In this document: piece after piece, positions 55,780 through 64,000 of the stretch
Position numbering within the stretch: the first letter of the stretch is position 1
Layout of the letters: each line of letters starts with the position of its first letter
Source: Candidatus Micrarchaeota archaeon
Lineage (GTDB): Archaea > Micrarchaeota > Micrarchaeia > Micrarchaeales > CABMGC01
DNA length: 64,000 bases
Assembly (NCBI GenBank): GCA_023270055.1
Contig: JAGDYB010000017.1
Span: 6,581 to 70,580 of the forward strand
Direction of reading: 5' to 3'
Made by a program: the position numbers and the translations under genes
Notes under the pieces: generated by a model
Seen by the model: the letters and a program-made list of their open reading frames with translations, nothing else
What the model was told of the DNA's origin: nothing
The model's database searches: none

Positions 55780-55947
55780 AATTTATTATTGTAAATTAAT
55801 ATTTATAAAGATAACTGTTTTAGTGCAAAGGTATAAACTTCAGATGATTTGCTGATTCTTGCTTGGGATGCGAATTGGTTAAATATATACTTAACATACA
55901 TATTTTTATACTTTAGTATACATATATTTATACAAGTAAATGATTTA

Positions 55948-57444
55948 ATGGTTTTGCGCTTTTGGCACAAGAAGGAAAACGATGCCGGGCAACACGCTAG
56001 AAGCCCGCTAAGCTTCAAGATAGAGGATATTGCTTATGATGCAAAGCTGGAACAGGTGGATTTGCCAGTGCCAAGGGATATAGTCGGAATGAAAAACGCA
56101 AAATTTTACCGTGTTGGGGGCGAATCGGCAAAAATTGGAAGTTATGAGAACGATCTTTTGGAAAAGGTAAAGGCAAACGTCATCGATATATTGGCCAAAG
56201 GAGATATGATAGACCGCACAAAGTACGATGTGGCCTTCAACGAGTCGGTTAAGCAAATGGCGCAGTTACCTACAGAAAGAGCAAAATATCTTGCATATTT
56301 GATTGCGAACGACACGGTCGGGTATGGGCCGTTGAGCATGCTGCTTGACGATAGCACTAATATAGAAGAAATAGAGATAAATGCACCTGCTGCGCCAATC
56401 TTGGTATATCATTATAAATATGGAAGATGTAAGACCAACCTGGCTTTTGCCGGGGAAGCCGAATTTGTGCATGCGCTAAACAAATTGATATACGACGCTG
56501 ATAAGGAGCTCAACGAAAACACGCCAATAATAGACACGCAAATAGCAAACCTGAGGATACACGCGCAGATAAAACCTTATGCAATAAACAACGCGAGCGC
56601 AAGCATAAGAATTGGCGGCGAGCATGAGATAAACTTGGCTTATTTGCTGAACAGCAAAACTACAAACTCCATGGTTCTTGCATATCTGTGGCTTGCAATA
56701 GAAACGGGCATGAATATTGTAATAACAGGTGCGCCGGCAAGCGGAAAGACTAGCTTAATGAACTCGCTTTTCAGCTTCGTTCCGAGATACCAAAAAATAG
56801 TCACGGTTGAGGAAGAGGTGAACGAAGTGAAGTTTTACCGAAATGCATTGAATATGCTGCCTCTTCATGGCGAAAAAAATGGAACTGTTTCGGTGGAAGA
56901 CCAGGTCATAAATGCACTCAGGATGAGGCCAGACAGGATTGCCGTTGGCGAGATAAGAGGAAGGGAGGCAGGAGAGATTTTCTCCGGGGCCAATTTGGGT
57001 ATACCGTTTATGACCACGATGCACAGCGATGAGGGAGCCATATCACTGCTGAAACGTCTCATAGTCAAGCCCATGGAAGTCGATCCATATGCAATAAGCA
57101 TGCTTGATGTTTCTGTGCACATGCAGCAGACAAACATTTCAGAACGAAAAATAGTTGGAGTATACGAATACAGGTGGTTGAGCCGGGCGGAGACTGCGGA
57201 AGGCAAGATTGCTGTCGGCAACGATTCGGTAGAAATTGCAAATATTGTGGAAAATGCAGCACTTGACAGAAGCGCGCTATCAGAATCCAAGGTGATAAAT
57301 GCGCTTTCGAGGCGCGAGGGCATATCAAAGGCGAAGGTTATGAACGAAATCAAGCGCAGAGCCGAGTACCTTGAAAAAATCTGCCAAGCCGGCACAACAA
57401 CGCTGGATCTGGTCAACGCAATAGACGCGTATTATGTGGGATAA
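55948..57444 (+). CDS. type IV pilus / archaellum-type assembly ATPase (GspE / VirB11 / FlaI family)
   Basis: Walker A ITGAPASGKTSLMN, Walker B/Asp box RIAVGEIRGREAGE, and a His box near TTMHSD. Start trimmed to ATG 55948; the ORF track starts at 55849 in AT-rich sequence. Confidence 0.85.
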   Translation: MVLRFWHKKENDAGQHARSPLSFKIEDIAYDAKLEQVDLPVPRDIVGMKNAKFYRVGGESAKIGSYENDLLEKVKANVIDILAKGDMIDRTKYDVAFNESVKQMAQLPTERAKYLAYLIANDTVGYGPLSMLLDDSTNIEEIEINAPAAPILVYHYKYGRCKTNLAFAGEAEFVHALNKLIYDADKELNENTPIIDTQIANLRIHAQIKPYAINNASASIRIGGEHEINLAYLLNSKTTNSMVLAYLWLAIETGMNIVITGAPASGKTSLMNSLFSFVPRYQKIVTVEEEVNEVKFYRNALNMLPLHGEKNGTVSVEDQVINALRMRPDRIAVGEIRGREAGEIFSGANLGIPFMTTMHSDEGAISLLKRLIVKPMEVDPYAISMLDVSVHMQQTNISERKIVGVYEYRWLSRAETAEGKIAVGNDSVEIANIVENAALDRSALSESKVINALSRREGISKAKVMNEIKRRAEYLEKICQAGTTTLDLVNAIDAYYVG

Positions 57445-57446
57445 AA

Positions 57447-58187
57447 ATGCATGAAAGAACAGGTATAACTCAGCTTTTCAAACGCCGCAAAAGGAGTATG
57501 GCAAGCATATCCATTGTGGCAATAATCATGCTAGGTGTGACTGCATTCGTAAGTGTGGCTTCGGGCTTTGTTTCACAGTATCTGCCTGCCCTGATTTCTC
57601 TCGCTGCAGTTGCGCTGATTACAGCCTATTTGGCATATAGGCTTAGGCGCATTCAAATTGAAAAGAAAAGATTTGACCAGATAATAGAATTTCTTTATAA
57701 TCTTTATTATCTCAGGCAAAAGCATACGCTGGCGAGCAACATGTATATGCTTGCAAGCGGAATAGGAAACGTTGCGGATAGGCAAAAGCTCAATGAAATG
57801 GCAAACGGAATTAGGCTTGGCGGCGACTTTGCAGATTTGATATATTTGCAATTTGAACCCCTACTTAATGAGTTTGGACTAAGCAGACCTCCGTCATGCC
57901 ATTACCCCAATGACCAGTACCAAGAGATAAGGGAGTTGCTGGATAGCTACGAATCGAACGAACACCCAACGTTGGAAGCGTCAATGCAAAGATACTCAAC
58001 TGTCAACATGTTTATCTCGACAATACTTCCCATATTCATCATGTTCATATTTATCGGTTCCTCGATCATATCGCAGAGTGGCATAAATAAGGTTGAATTC
58101 TCGCTCATAATGCTCACTTTCGTCCCGGCATTTTACGCGGTTGGTAATGCAATATTTATTAGGCGATATATTGTTGAGGCTTCATAA
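57447..58187 (+). CDS. pilus platform membrane protein, TadB/TadC/FlaJ-like (first of two)
   Basis: 246 aa, starts 2 nt after the ATPase stop. N-terminal TM pair, a helical cytoplasmic domain of about 110 aa, and C-terminal TM helices, which is the T2SS-F-like layout. Confidence 0.6.
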   Translation: MHERTGITQLFKRRKRSMASISIVAIIMLGVTAFVSVASGFVSQYLPALISLAAVALITAYLAYRLRRIQIEKKRFDQIIEFLYNLYYLRQKHTLASNMYMLASGIGNVADRQKLNEMANGIRLGGDFADLIYLQFEPLLNEFGLSRPPSCHYPNDQYQEIRELLDSYESNEHPTLEASMQRYSTVNMFISTILPIFIMFIFIGSSIISQSGINKVEFSLIMLTFVPAFYAVGNAIFIRRYIVEAS

Positions 58188-58932
58188 TACGCCAGCGGCA
58201 GCCTATGCGGCCATTTTGGCAATATTTGCATATTGCGCATTGGAGGCACCGCTATATGCGCTTCTTTTGCCGTATGCCTCTGGTATAACTCTTTATGCTA
58301 ACAGATGGTATAGGGAAAAGAACGCAGCGAATGATGAAAAAATAAACATGCTTGAAATGATACTGGAAAGCTATTCTAAAACTGGCAAAACTTTCAAGGC
58401 GTTCCTAAGCACAGCATCAAAATATAATGTGAATAGGAATTTCAGGATTGCGTTGAACAAATACTGGCTTGATCCATATTATAGCGTGGAATCGCACATT
58501 GGCGACGAGTTTTCCAGCATATTCGGCACGCTGGAGCTAGGCATAAGAGACCATGTTGACATATCCAAAAACTTGCACATGCTTGTGGAAAGGGCAAGAA
58601 GCAGCAACAAAGCAAGGAGCAAGATAACTTCTAAAACAAACGGCATGCATACGCTAACGGCCATAGGCCTGACTTTCTTCTTTCCAATGTTCAGCGGGAT
58701 AAGCAGCACTATAGTAAGAGGAATATACTCAATCTCTAGCACCGCAGACAGCATGAGCAGTTACCTGTTGCACGTAACAATAGTCTATGTTGCGGTAATG
58801 TTGTTCGTTTACATGCTTTTCTCGCACATGGAAAATTTTTGGGAAAAGGCATTTCCAAAATTCGCGGTTTTGCTAATGACTGCGATTACCATACAGACCG
58901 CGGTGTCGCAGTACCTTTATGCTGTAATATAA
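58147..58932 (+). CDS. pilus platform membrane protein, TadB/TadC/FlaJ-like (second of two)
   Basis: Same layout as the preceding gene. ATG 58147 (TTG 58141 in the track) overlaps the preceding ORF by about 41 nt in another frame. Confidence 0.6.
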   Translation: MQYLLGDILLRLHNTPAAAYAAILAIFAYCALEAPLYALLLPYASGITLYANRWYREKNAANDEKINMLEMILESYSKTGKTFKAFLSTASKYNVNRNFRIALNKYWLDPYYSVESHIGDEFSSIFGTLELGIRDHVDISKNLHMLVERARSSNKARSKITSKTNGMHTLTAIGLTFFFPMFSGISSTIVRGIYSISSTADSMSSYLLHVTIVYVAVMLFVYMLFSHMENFWEKAFPKFAVLLMTAITIQTAVSQYLYAVI

Positions 58933-58942
58933 TCGAAAATGG

Positions 58943-59212
58943 GTGAAAAAGATGTGGGGAATAAGCACGCCCCTGTTTTCTGGGGCAAAGGGGATTTTGG
59001 CAGTGGCGAAATCGAAGCGCGCGCAGGGCTCTCTGGAATACATAATGATGCTTGCTGCAGCAAGCATTGTAATAGCGATAGCGCTGGCGATGATAGTAAA
59101 ACTGAAGGGAGCTGCGGTGACAAGCGTTTCGGTGAACGGCACAAACGAGAGCATAGCGCACGCAATTTCGGGTGAGCTCGGAAGCCTGATCCACAATACG
59201 AGCGTGGTGTAA
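58943..59212 (+). CDS. archaeal type IV pilin-like protein (class III signal peptide)
   Basis: 89 aa. ...KSKRAQGSLEYIMMLAAASIVIAIALAMIV is a basic residue - A - Q - x - S - x - E motif followed by a hydrophobic helix. Confidence 0.75.
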   Translation: MKKMWGISTPLFSGAKGILAVAKSKRAQGSLEYIMMLAAASIVIAIALAMIVKLKGAAVTSVSVNGTNESIAHAISGELGSLIHNTSVV

Positions 59213-59214
59213 GA

Positions 59215-59616
59215 TTGAAAGCACAGATGTCGCTGGAGGTAATGCTCTACGCCTCCCTCGCAGGCATATCGCTGCTCGCAGCAGTAGCATATGCAGCAGC
59301 AATGAGCAACAGGAATGCAGGGCAGTTGAACAGTTATATGGCCAGAATCATGGTTGATAAAATCAACATTTTCCTGCTTGAGGGAGGCACTGGGAGCATG
59401 CAGGCATATATTCCTGAAGGCATGTGCAACGCAACATTCGATGATAATACAGGAATAATCAGCAGCGCGCTTGGAAATTACAAAATTTACGGCAATGTCA
59501 ACATGCCAAACGGAATTTTCTGCCCCGATGGAACGTATGCGAGTTTTTATGCGGTGTATAAAGAGGGAAAGATGCTAATCGAGAGGGATTATAATGCTTC
59601 TGCAGGTAAGCATTGA
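59215..59616 (+). CDS. pilin-like protein (class III signal peptide)
   Basis: 133 aa. MKAQMSLEVMLYASLAGISLLAAVAYAAAM. Confidence 0.7.
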   Translation: MKAQMSLEVMLYASLAGISLLAAVAYAAAMSNRNAGQLNSYMARIMVDKINIFLLEGGTGSMQAYIPEGMCNATFDDNTGIISSALGNYKIYGNVNMPNGIFCPDGTYASFYAVYKEGKMLIERDYNASAGKH

Positions 59617-59827
59617 GGTATTCATTGATATTTCAATAGCAATGGCCATATCGCTAATAAGCATTGCGCTGCTCGCCAAAGCTTTTCTGCACGCAGGAGG
59701 TGTCGCTGATCTTGAGGCAAAATCAAACTGCGCAATGTACAGCATGTTGCTGTCTCAGGAAAGGGCATGCAACGTATGCATGTTCCAAAACATAGGTGGG
59801 CTCATATGCAACAGTACAAGGCAGTAA
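59594..59827 (+). CDS. small pilin-like protein
   Basis: 77 aa. MLLQVSIEVFIDISIAMAISLISIALLAKAF, a Q-x-S-x-E pattern without a basic residue. Overlaps the upstream gene by 23 nt. Confidence 0.55.
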   Translation: MLLQVSIEVFIDISIAMAISLISIALLAKAFLHAGGVADLEAKSNCAMYSMLLSQERACNVCMFQNIGGLICNSTRQ

Positions 59828-60165
59828 TATTTTCATTGGACACGCTGCTTTCAATTCCAATAGCAATTTTATCAGTTTTGCTTTTGATTGAGAGTTACAG
59901 CTATCAGGCAGGTAGCATCGCAGCAATATACAATTCGGATTACAGTATACTCCGCGCACAGGCAATATCGCAGGAGATAATCTATGGGGCCGAAGGCAAT
60001 TTCAGCAACGCATTTTTGGACAAGCTCGGCGGGATCGCAAAGGTATACCCAGTAAATGATGCATTTAGCATGAGCTGCGGAATCTCATATCTTTGCAGAA
60101 TTGTAACAATTAATGGGAGTGCATATTTGATGGTGTTTTCATATGAGAATGCAAGCGTCGCTTGA
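59806..60165 (+). CDS. pilin-like protein
   Basis: MQQYKAVIFSLDTLLSIPIAILSVLLLIE. Start trimmed to ATG 59806, which overlaps the upstream gene by 22 nt. Confidence 0.6.
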   Translation: MQQYKAVIFSLDTLLSIPIAILSVLLLIESYSYQAGSIAAIYNSDYSILRAQAISQEIIYGAEGNFSNAFLDKLGGIAKVYPVNDAFSMSCGISYLCRIVTINGSAYLMVFSYENASVA

Positions 60166-61408
60166 ATTTTTGCTAATACTTAGTGGTGTAAGTGCAATGG
60201 CATTGTTCACAATAGCATATTATTCACATTCAGTTGCAGCGGAAAATCTTTCTATGGAGCTGCTACAAACGAAAAGCTACAATTCTGCAGTTGCCTATGC
60301 TGGTAACGTCTCCATATACGCCTTCACACTGCCAAATGTTACCTACGGCAAGGAGTACCAAATAAGCATAGTTGGATATGGTTGTAACAACGGCACCGCC
60401 ATTGTTGAGGCATCGTCAAATTCTTCCGCCTTCGGCGCAAATACTGTCAAATTGTATATAGACGGCGTCGGCACGGGCGCAATATGGTACGAGCCGGTAT
60501 CTTATGGATACAACAGGATAATGCTCAGTTATAGCTGGAAATGTGGGAATTATACAGGCACTGGACAAGAAAATCTGCTTTCTTTTGTTACTGGTAAAGA
60601 TACCATACCAGGAAACTACACAATGGGATACGAGCCGAACGTGTACATAGGCAATAGAACTGAAAGAATATCGTATGCATTGACTGGCGCAAGCAAAGTC
60701 AATGAGCTGGACGTGTTTAACCATTGTACCTATGCCAGTATTTTCGGCCCCACGCCAGTATCATTTCAGTGCGGTACGACGGACACTTGGGAATATTCGA
60801 TATTTTCCGGTGCATGCTATATGACTGGCTATTATACAAGAACATATTGTGTAAACCCGCAAGCAACAAATTACACGATTTTTGCGGTGGATGCGTCACG
60901 CTATAACTTTACATACAAGTTTAATCTGAGCGTGAGCTATATGGGAATTGAAGCACATGCTTTGATTTCAAGCAACACCTTGTACGCTCCGCTAGTCTCA
61001 AACAAAAAAATAGTTGGAAAAGCAAGCGTTGAAAATGTGAGCGGCATAGGGCCGCTAGAAAACCAGTTTTTCCTTGCTGGAAGCAACAAAAACGGGCTGA
61101 TAAATGACAGCGTATACAACAATTATTCGCAGGCAAAGAACAATCTAAATGGCATGCTTTCGTATTATAACGGGTCTGTAGTTGATTCATCTGTTTTTTC
61201 TTCAATACAGGAAAGTATTAGCGCATTCGAGAAAGCGCTCGGTGCCCTCATTTCCGCGCCGGTCTCGAACAGCTCGTGCCAGATATACTCACAAAACTTC
61301 CTTTGCAAACCGCTTTACCCGCTATCCTATGATATTAATGTTGAATTTTACAACATTTCGGCAAATACGACTGCATATTACATGGGGTCTGTCATACATA
61401 TCACATAA
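60143..61408 (+). CDS. large pilin-like / pilus-associated surface protein
   Basis: 421 aa. MRMQASLEFLLILSGVSAMALFTIAYY N-terminus, then a Ser/Thr/Asn/Tyr/Gly-rich domain with many N-x-S/T sequons. Overlaps the upstream gene by 23 nt. Confidence 0.7.
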   Translation: MRMQASLEFLLILSGVSAMALFTIAYYSHSVAAENLSMELLQTKSYNSAVAYAGNVSIYAFTLPNVTYGKEYQISIVGYGCNNGTAIVEASSNSSAFGANTVKLYIDGVGTGAIWYEPVSYGYNRIMLSYSWKCGNYTGTGQENLLSFVTGKDTIPGNYTMGYEPNVYIGNRTERISYALTGASKVNELDVFNHCTYASIFGPTPVSFQCGTTDTWEYSIFSGACYMTGYYTRTYCVNPQATNYTIFAVDASRYNFTYKFNLSVSYMGIEAHALISSNTLYAPLVSNKKIVGKASVENVSGIGPLENQFFLAGSNKNGLINDSVYNNYSQAKNNLNGMLSYYNGSVVDSSVFSSIQESISAFEKALGALISAPVSNSSCQIYSQNFLCKPLYPLSYDINVEFYNISANTTAYYMGSVIHIT

Positions 61409-61439
61409 TCCTGAGGCATTCTAAATTGGGGCGTGTTTA

Positions 61440-61823
61440 ATGAAGGCTCAATTCGCAGTCTTTGAATCGATTATTGCGCTAGTTATAACCTTGTCGTCAA
61501 CGATTACGGTGGCGTACGCAATAAGCGCATATGAAGACAGCATACTGAATGCTAAAGAGACCGTGCTCTCTAATTTGGCTGTATATGACTTTGCCGCGCA
61601 GCTAAGAAGCTGGGAAAACATGCAAAGATGCTTCAACAAGACATACCATATGGAGAACAGCACGTGCATTAACTATTATGTAAAACTTTTTGATCGGGCA
61701 TATTCCGACAATTTAGTTGTGTTATTCAATGGCACATTTTACGGCAAAGGAGAAAATGTCAGAGAACTGAGCTGCATTTATATAGGGCAGCCAACTCCAG
61801 CATGCATCGGCGTGGGGGATTAG
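61440..61823 (+). CDS. pilin-like protein (class III signal peptide)
   Basis: 127 aa. MKAQFAVFESIIALVITLSSTITVAYAI. Confidence 0.65.
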   Translation: MKAQFAVFESIIALVITLSSTITVAYAISAYEDSILNAKETVLSNLAVYDFAAQLRSWENMQRCFNKTYHMENSTCINYYVKLFDRAYSDNLVVLFNGTFYGKGENVRELSCIYIGQPTPACIGVGD

Positions 61824-62072
61824 ATGGCATATTTTGGTATACTTATAGCATTAGCTGCAATCATGAGCCTGATCTATCTAGATTCCATATATTTACTTCT
61901 GAACAACGCTTATGGCCTCGTGAACGCGGCAGCGTATGACGCTTTGATTGCAAAGACGGACCAATTACAACTAGTCGGATGCAGCACTATGCAATATGGA
62001 CACATGGCGGACAATGGTGTTTACATTTCAGGAGTAGACAATTTTTCTTATGTAGTGCTGAACTGTACCTGA
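61824..62072 (+). CDS. small membrane-anchored protein, last gene of the pilus operon
   Basis: 82 aa. The ATG directly abuts the preceding TAG. Hydrophobic N-terminus MAYFGILIALAAIMSLIYL. No Q/E pilin motif. Confidence 0.5.
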   Translation: MAYFGILIALAAIMSLIYLDSIYLLLNNAYGLVNAAAYDALIAKTDQLQLVGCSTMQYGHMADNGVYISGVDNFSYVVLNCT

Positions 62073-62165
62073 GATTGTGTGCGGCAAGCGCGCATCAAAC
62101 GGGATTTTGCCTTGAATAGCAATTTATAATAGTTTTGTTGACAATAGTAATGTAAGGATTGATAT

Positions 62166-62237
62166 GGCCTTAGTGGTGTAACGGCTGCACGGAGGGCTGT
62201 GGACCCTCAAGACCGGGTCCGACTCCCGGCTTAGGCC
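62166..62237 (+). tRNA. tRNA-His (anticodon GUG) with encoded G-1
   Basis: Hand fold. An extra 5' G (62166) can pair with discriminator C (62237). Acceptor GCCTTAG/CTTAGGC has one U-U mismatch. D arm GTGT-AACGGCT-GCAC. Anticodon stem GAGGG/CCCTC with loop CTGTGGA. T arm CCGGG-TCCGACT-CCCGG. Confidence 0.88.
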
Positions 62238-62392
62238 CTTGTAGGCTTAAACAGTGTATTATCAATGTGCTATAAATGTCAAGAGGCTAGCTAAAGTTTT
62301 ACTGCGCTGCAGACTTTTTGCTTTTGACAATACACTTTTTACCTCTCAAATACATATTGACTTTTATATTTTCGTTGATAATATACGATTCG

Positions 62393-63175
62393 ATGATTAT
62401 TGTAACGAATGATGATGGCATATACAGCAGGGGCATAAAGACTCTTTATGGCGCAGCAATCGATGTCTTTGGAGAGCACAATGTTACGGTCGTTGCACCG
62501 TCGGGCCCGAGGAGCGCAAGTGGAATGAGCTTGACGTTTCATAAGCCGCTACGCATAGAAAGAGTTGTCATGCCAGGCATAAAGGGTTTTTCGGTGTCCG
62601 GCACACCTGCGGACTGCGTATTCAGCGCGATGAACCACATCCTAAAAGGCAAGAAAATCGACCTTGTTCTTTCTGGCGTCAACAATGGATCGAATGCCAG
62701 CCTTCAGTCGGTTGAATCGAGTGGCACAGTATCTGCAGTAAAATTCGGTGCTGTGTATGGTATAAAGGGTATAGCGTTTTCGCTCGCTACGGAAATGGGG
62801 CTCCAGAAAAGCACATTTAAAAATACAAGAATGCAAATAGCAAAAATCCTGCAGCACACCAAAAAACACGGATTCCCAAAAGATATAGATATGCTTAACG
62901 TAAACATTCCTACCAGTGTAAACGCAAGCACAAGAACCGTTGTATGCGATCTAGAAGATACACTATTCAAGAATTTTGTAACAGAAAGGCTTGATCCGAA
63001 CAAGAAAAACTACTACTGGCTTGGTGGCAAGCTTAAGAAAAACTTCAAAAAGGGCAGCGACTGCTACGAACTGTTCACAAACAAGTCAATAACTGTCAGC
63101 CCGATGGAGCTTGCAAGCATAAATGCAAGCCTTAAGAAAGAAATCGCCTCTGTGCTTGATGCTAGCGTGGCTTAA
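62393..63175 (+). CDS. surE: 5'/3'-nucleotidase SurE
   Basis: MIIVTNDDGIYSRGIKTL, SGVNNGSN, and the C-terminal YYWLGG-type block. Start trimmed to ATG 62393. Confidence 0.85.
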   Translation: MIIVTNDDGIYSRGIKTLYGAAIDVFGEHNVTVVAPSGPRSASGMSLTFHKPLRIERVVMPGIKGFSVSGTPADCVFSAMNHILKGKKIDLVLSGVNNGSNASLQSVESSGTVSAVKFGAVYGIKGIAFSLATEMGLQKSTFKNTRMQIAKILQHTKKHGFPKDIDMLNVNIPTSVNASTRTVVCDLEDTLFKNFVTERLDPNKKNYYWLGGKLKKNFKKGSDCYELFTNKSITVSPMELASINASLKKEIASVLDASVA

Positions 63176-63205
63176 CCCTTATGCTCTTTGAAAGATACAT
63201 TGAAG

Positions 63206-64000
63206 CTAGAAGAAATACAAAGCGAAGAATCTGATCATTTTCTTTATGAATATTCTCCATGAGCTGGAATTTTTCTTAACGTCCTTTATCATGCGCTTAT
63301 ACCTAGCTTTTTCTTCCGCTGTGAGTTTGCCCTCCTTCACTATTTCCTGCTTTTTGCCATCGACTATCTGCGTTTCAGTCTTGCTTATTATTTCCTTTCT
63401 GATCATCGCATACCACTCGTCCAGGGTATTGCCATGCACCTTGATCATTCTCAGAAAATCGCTCATCTTTATTTTCCTGCGCTTGCCCGTTCTGTCTTCC
63501 TCTGCCGCTGGTATTAGCGCTGCTTTGTCGCTTATTTCCATTATATCTGCGTTTGAGAATCCAGTTGTTGCCCTTGCCAGCCTTCCAAAATTAATACGAC
63601 CTATTGGCATTTTTCTCGTATGGTAGATAAACGCCTGTTTCCTCGATTTGTAGTCTGGAGGTGGTATGTATATGGCCTCTCCAAATCTTCCGCTCCTCTT
63701 TAGCGCTGGGTCCATGTCCCATGGCTGGTTTGTCGCACCTATCACGAATATACCTTCTGGATTTTTTTCCACGCCGTCCATTTCCTGCAGGAATTGGTTG
63801 ACTGCCATTCGCATATACTGACCGCTCTCTCCGGCGCCCTCTCTTTTTGTTCCGAGCGCATCTACTTCGTCGAAAAATATAATGCAAGGGGTATTCTTTC
63901 GCGCCTGCTCGAATATAGCGTGCATGTTCTTTTCCGTGTTGCCTGCATACATGTCGACTATTTCGTTTATTCTTGCAATTAGCACGTTGGAATTTGTCTC
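63206..64000 (-). CDS. AAA+ ATPase, C-terminal part (gene runs off the right edge)
   Basis: Walker B IIFFDEVDAL and second region of homology ATNQPWDMDPALKRSGRFGEAIYIPPP. An extension of about 100 aa is charged and ends in a hydrophobic tail (RFFALYFF). The frame stays open to 64000, so Walker A lies outside the window. Confidence 0.8.
   Translation of the reverse strand, partial: ETNSNVLIARINEIVDMYAGNTEKNMHAIFEQARKNTPCIIFFDEVDALGTKREGAGESGQYMRMAVNQFLQEMDGVEKNPEGIFVIGATNQPWDMDPALKRSGRFGEAIYIPPPDYKSRKQAFIYHTRKMPIGRINFGRLARATTGFSNADIMEISDKAALIPAAEEDRTGKRRKIKMSDFLRMIKVHGNTLDEWYAMIRKEIISKTETQIVDGKKQEIVKEGKLTAEEKARYKRMIKDVKKNSSSWRIFIKKMIRFFALYFF

Noticed and set aside
1-64000. Looked for mobile elements, integrases next to the four tRNA genes, reverse transcriptase / diversity-generating elements, toxin-antitoxin pairs and rRNA genes.
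   Set aside because: No ORF in the track or in the gaps has recognisable integrase, transposase, RT or toxin motifs. The tRNA flanks carry ordinary housekeeping genes, and no rRNA-like sequence is present.

Overview
Gene-dense archaeal chromosome segment made up almost entirely of housekeeping genes. I saw no mobile element, integrase, reverse transcriptase or CRISPR array. Archaeal origin is supported by these genes: RpoH, split RpoB''/RpoB', aIF2-beta, aIF1A, ribosomal stalk P0/P1, S8e, an Sm protein, FEN-1, Cgi121, CDP-archaeol synthase, isopentenyl phosphate kinase, and archaeal class III (pilin-type) signal peptides. Broken-up ribosomal-protein clusters, tight gene packing with many 4-nt overlaps, and a tRNA with a T-loop intron suggest a small-genome lineage, possibly DPANN or Micrarchaeota-like. 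That lineage call is inference only.

Main content, left to right:
- tRNA-Val, a stand-alone C39-like peptidase, HtpX, ferredoxin, type 1 IDI, DUF359 dephospho-CoA kinase, a ROK kinase and TldD/PmbA.
- The L1-P0-P1 cluster, endonuclease IV, a beta-CASP RNase, a glycosyltransferase and L30-L15.
- An IPK-Nudix operon, Rad50, a protein disulfide oxidoreductase, GGPP synthase, an OPRT-like protein and FtsZ.
- The RNA polymerase operon rpoH-B''-B'-A, in which A' and A'' form a single ORF, then Sm and an intron-containing tRNA-Ala.
- SHMT, a long ThyX-like protein, Hsp20, FEN-1, aMBF1, a site-2 protease, CarS and AlaRS preceded by an orphan Cas4-like nuclease.
- A HAD phosphatase, a pilin-signal YVTN beta-propeller protein, a TRAM protein, and SRP RNA abutting tRNA-Ser.
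- A CoA-binding protein, aIF2-beta, aIF1A, RIO kinase, short XPF, DUF47-PiT, Cgi121, S8e, a small protein with a P-stalk-like tail, OTCase and an FNR-like reductase.
- A type IV pilus-like locus with an ATPase, two platform proteins and six proteins with a pilin-type N-terminus plus one small membrane protein.
- tRNA-His, SurE and a partial AAA ATPase.

The most noteworthy observations:
- Fused rpoA next to split rpoB.
- A 25-nt T-loop intron in tRNA-Ala.
- A P0 stalk protein that lacks the factor-binding tail, while an unrelated 124-aa protein carries one.
- The IPK-Nudix coupling.
- The pilus locus together with the remote pilin-signal beta-propeller protein.

All calls come from reading the translations and folding RNAs by hand. 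No database search was possible.
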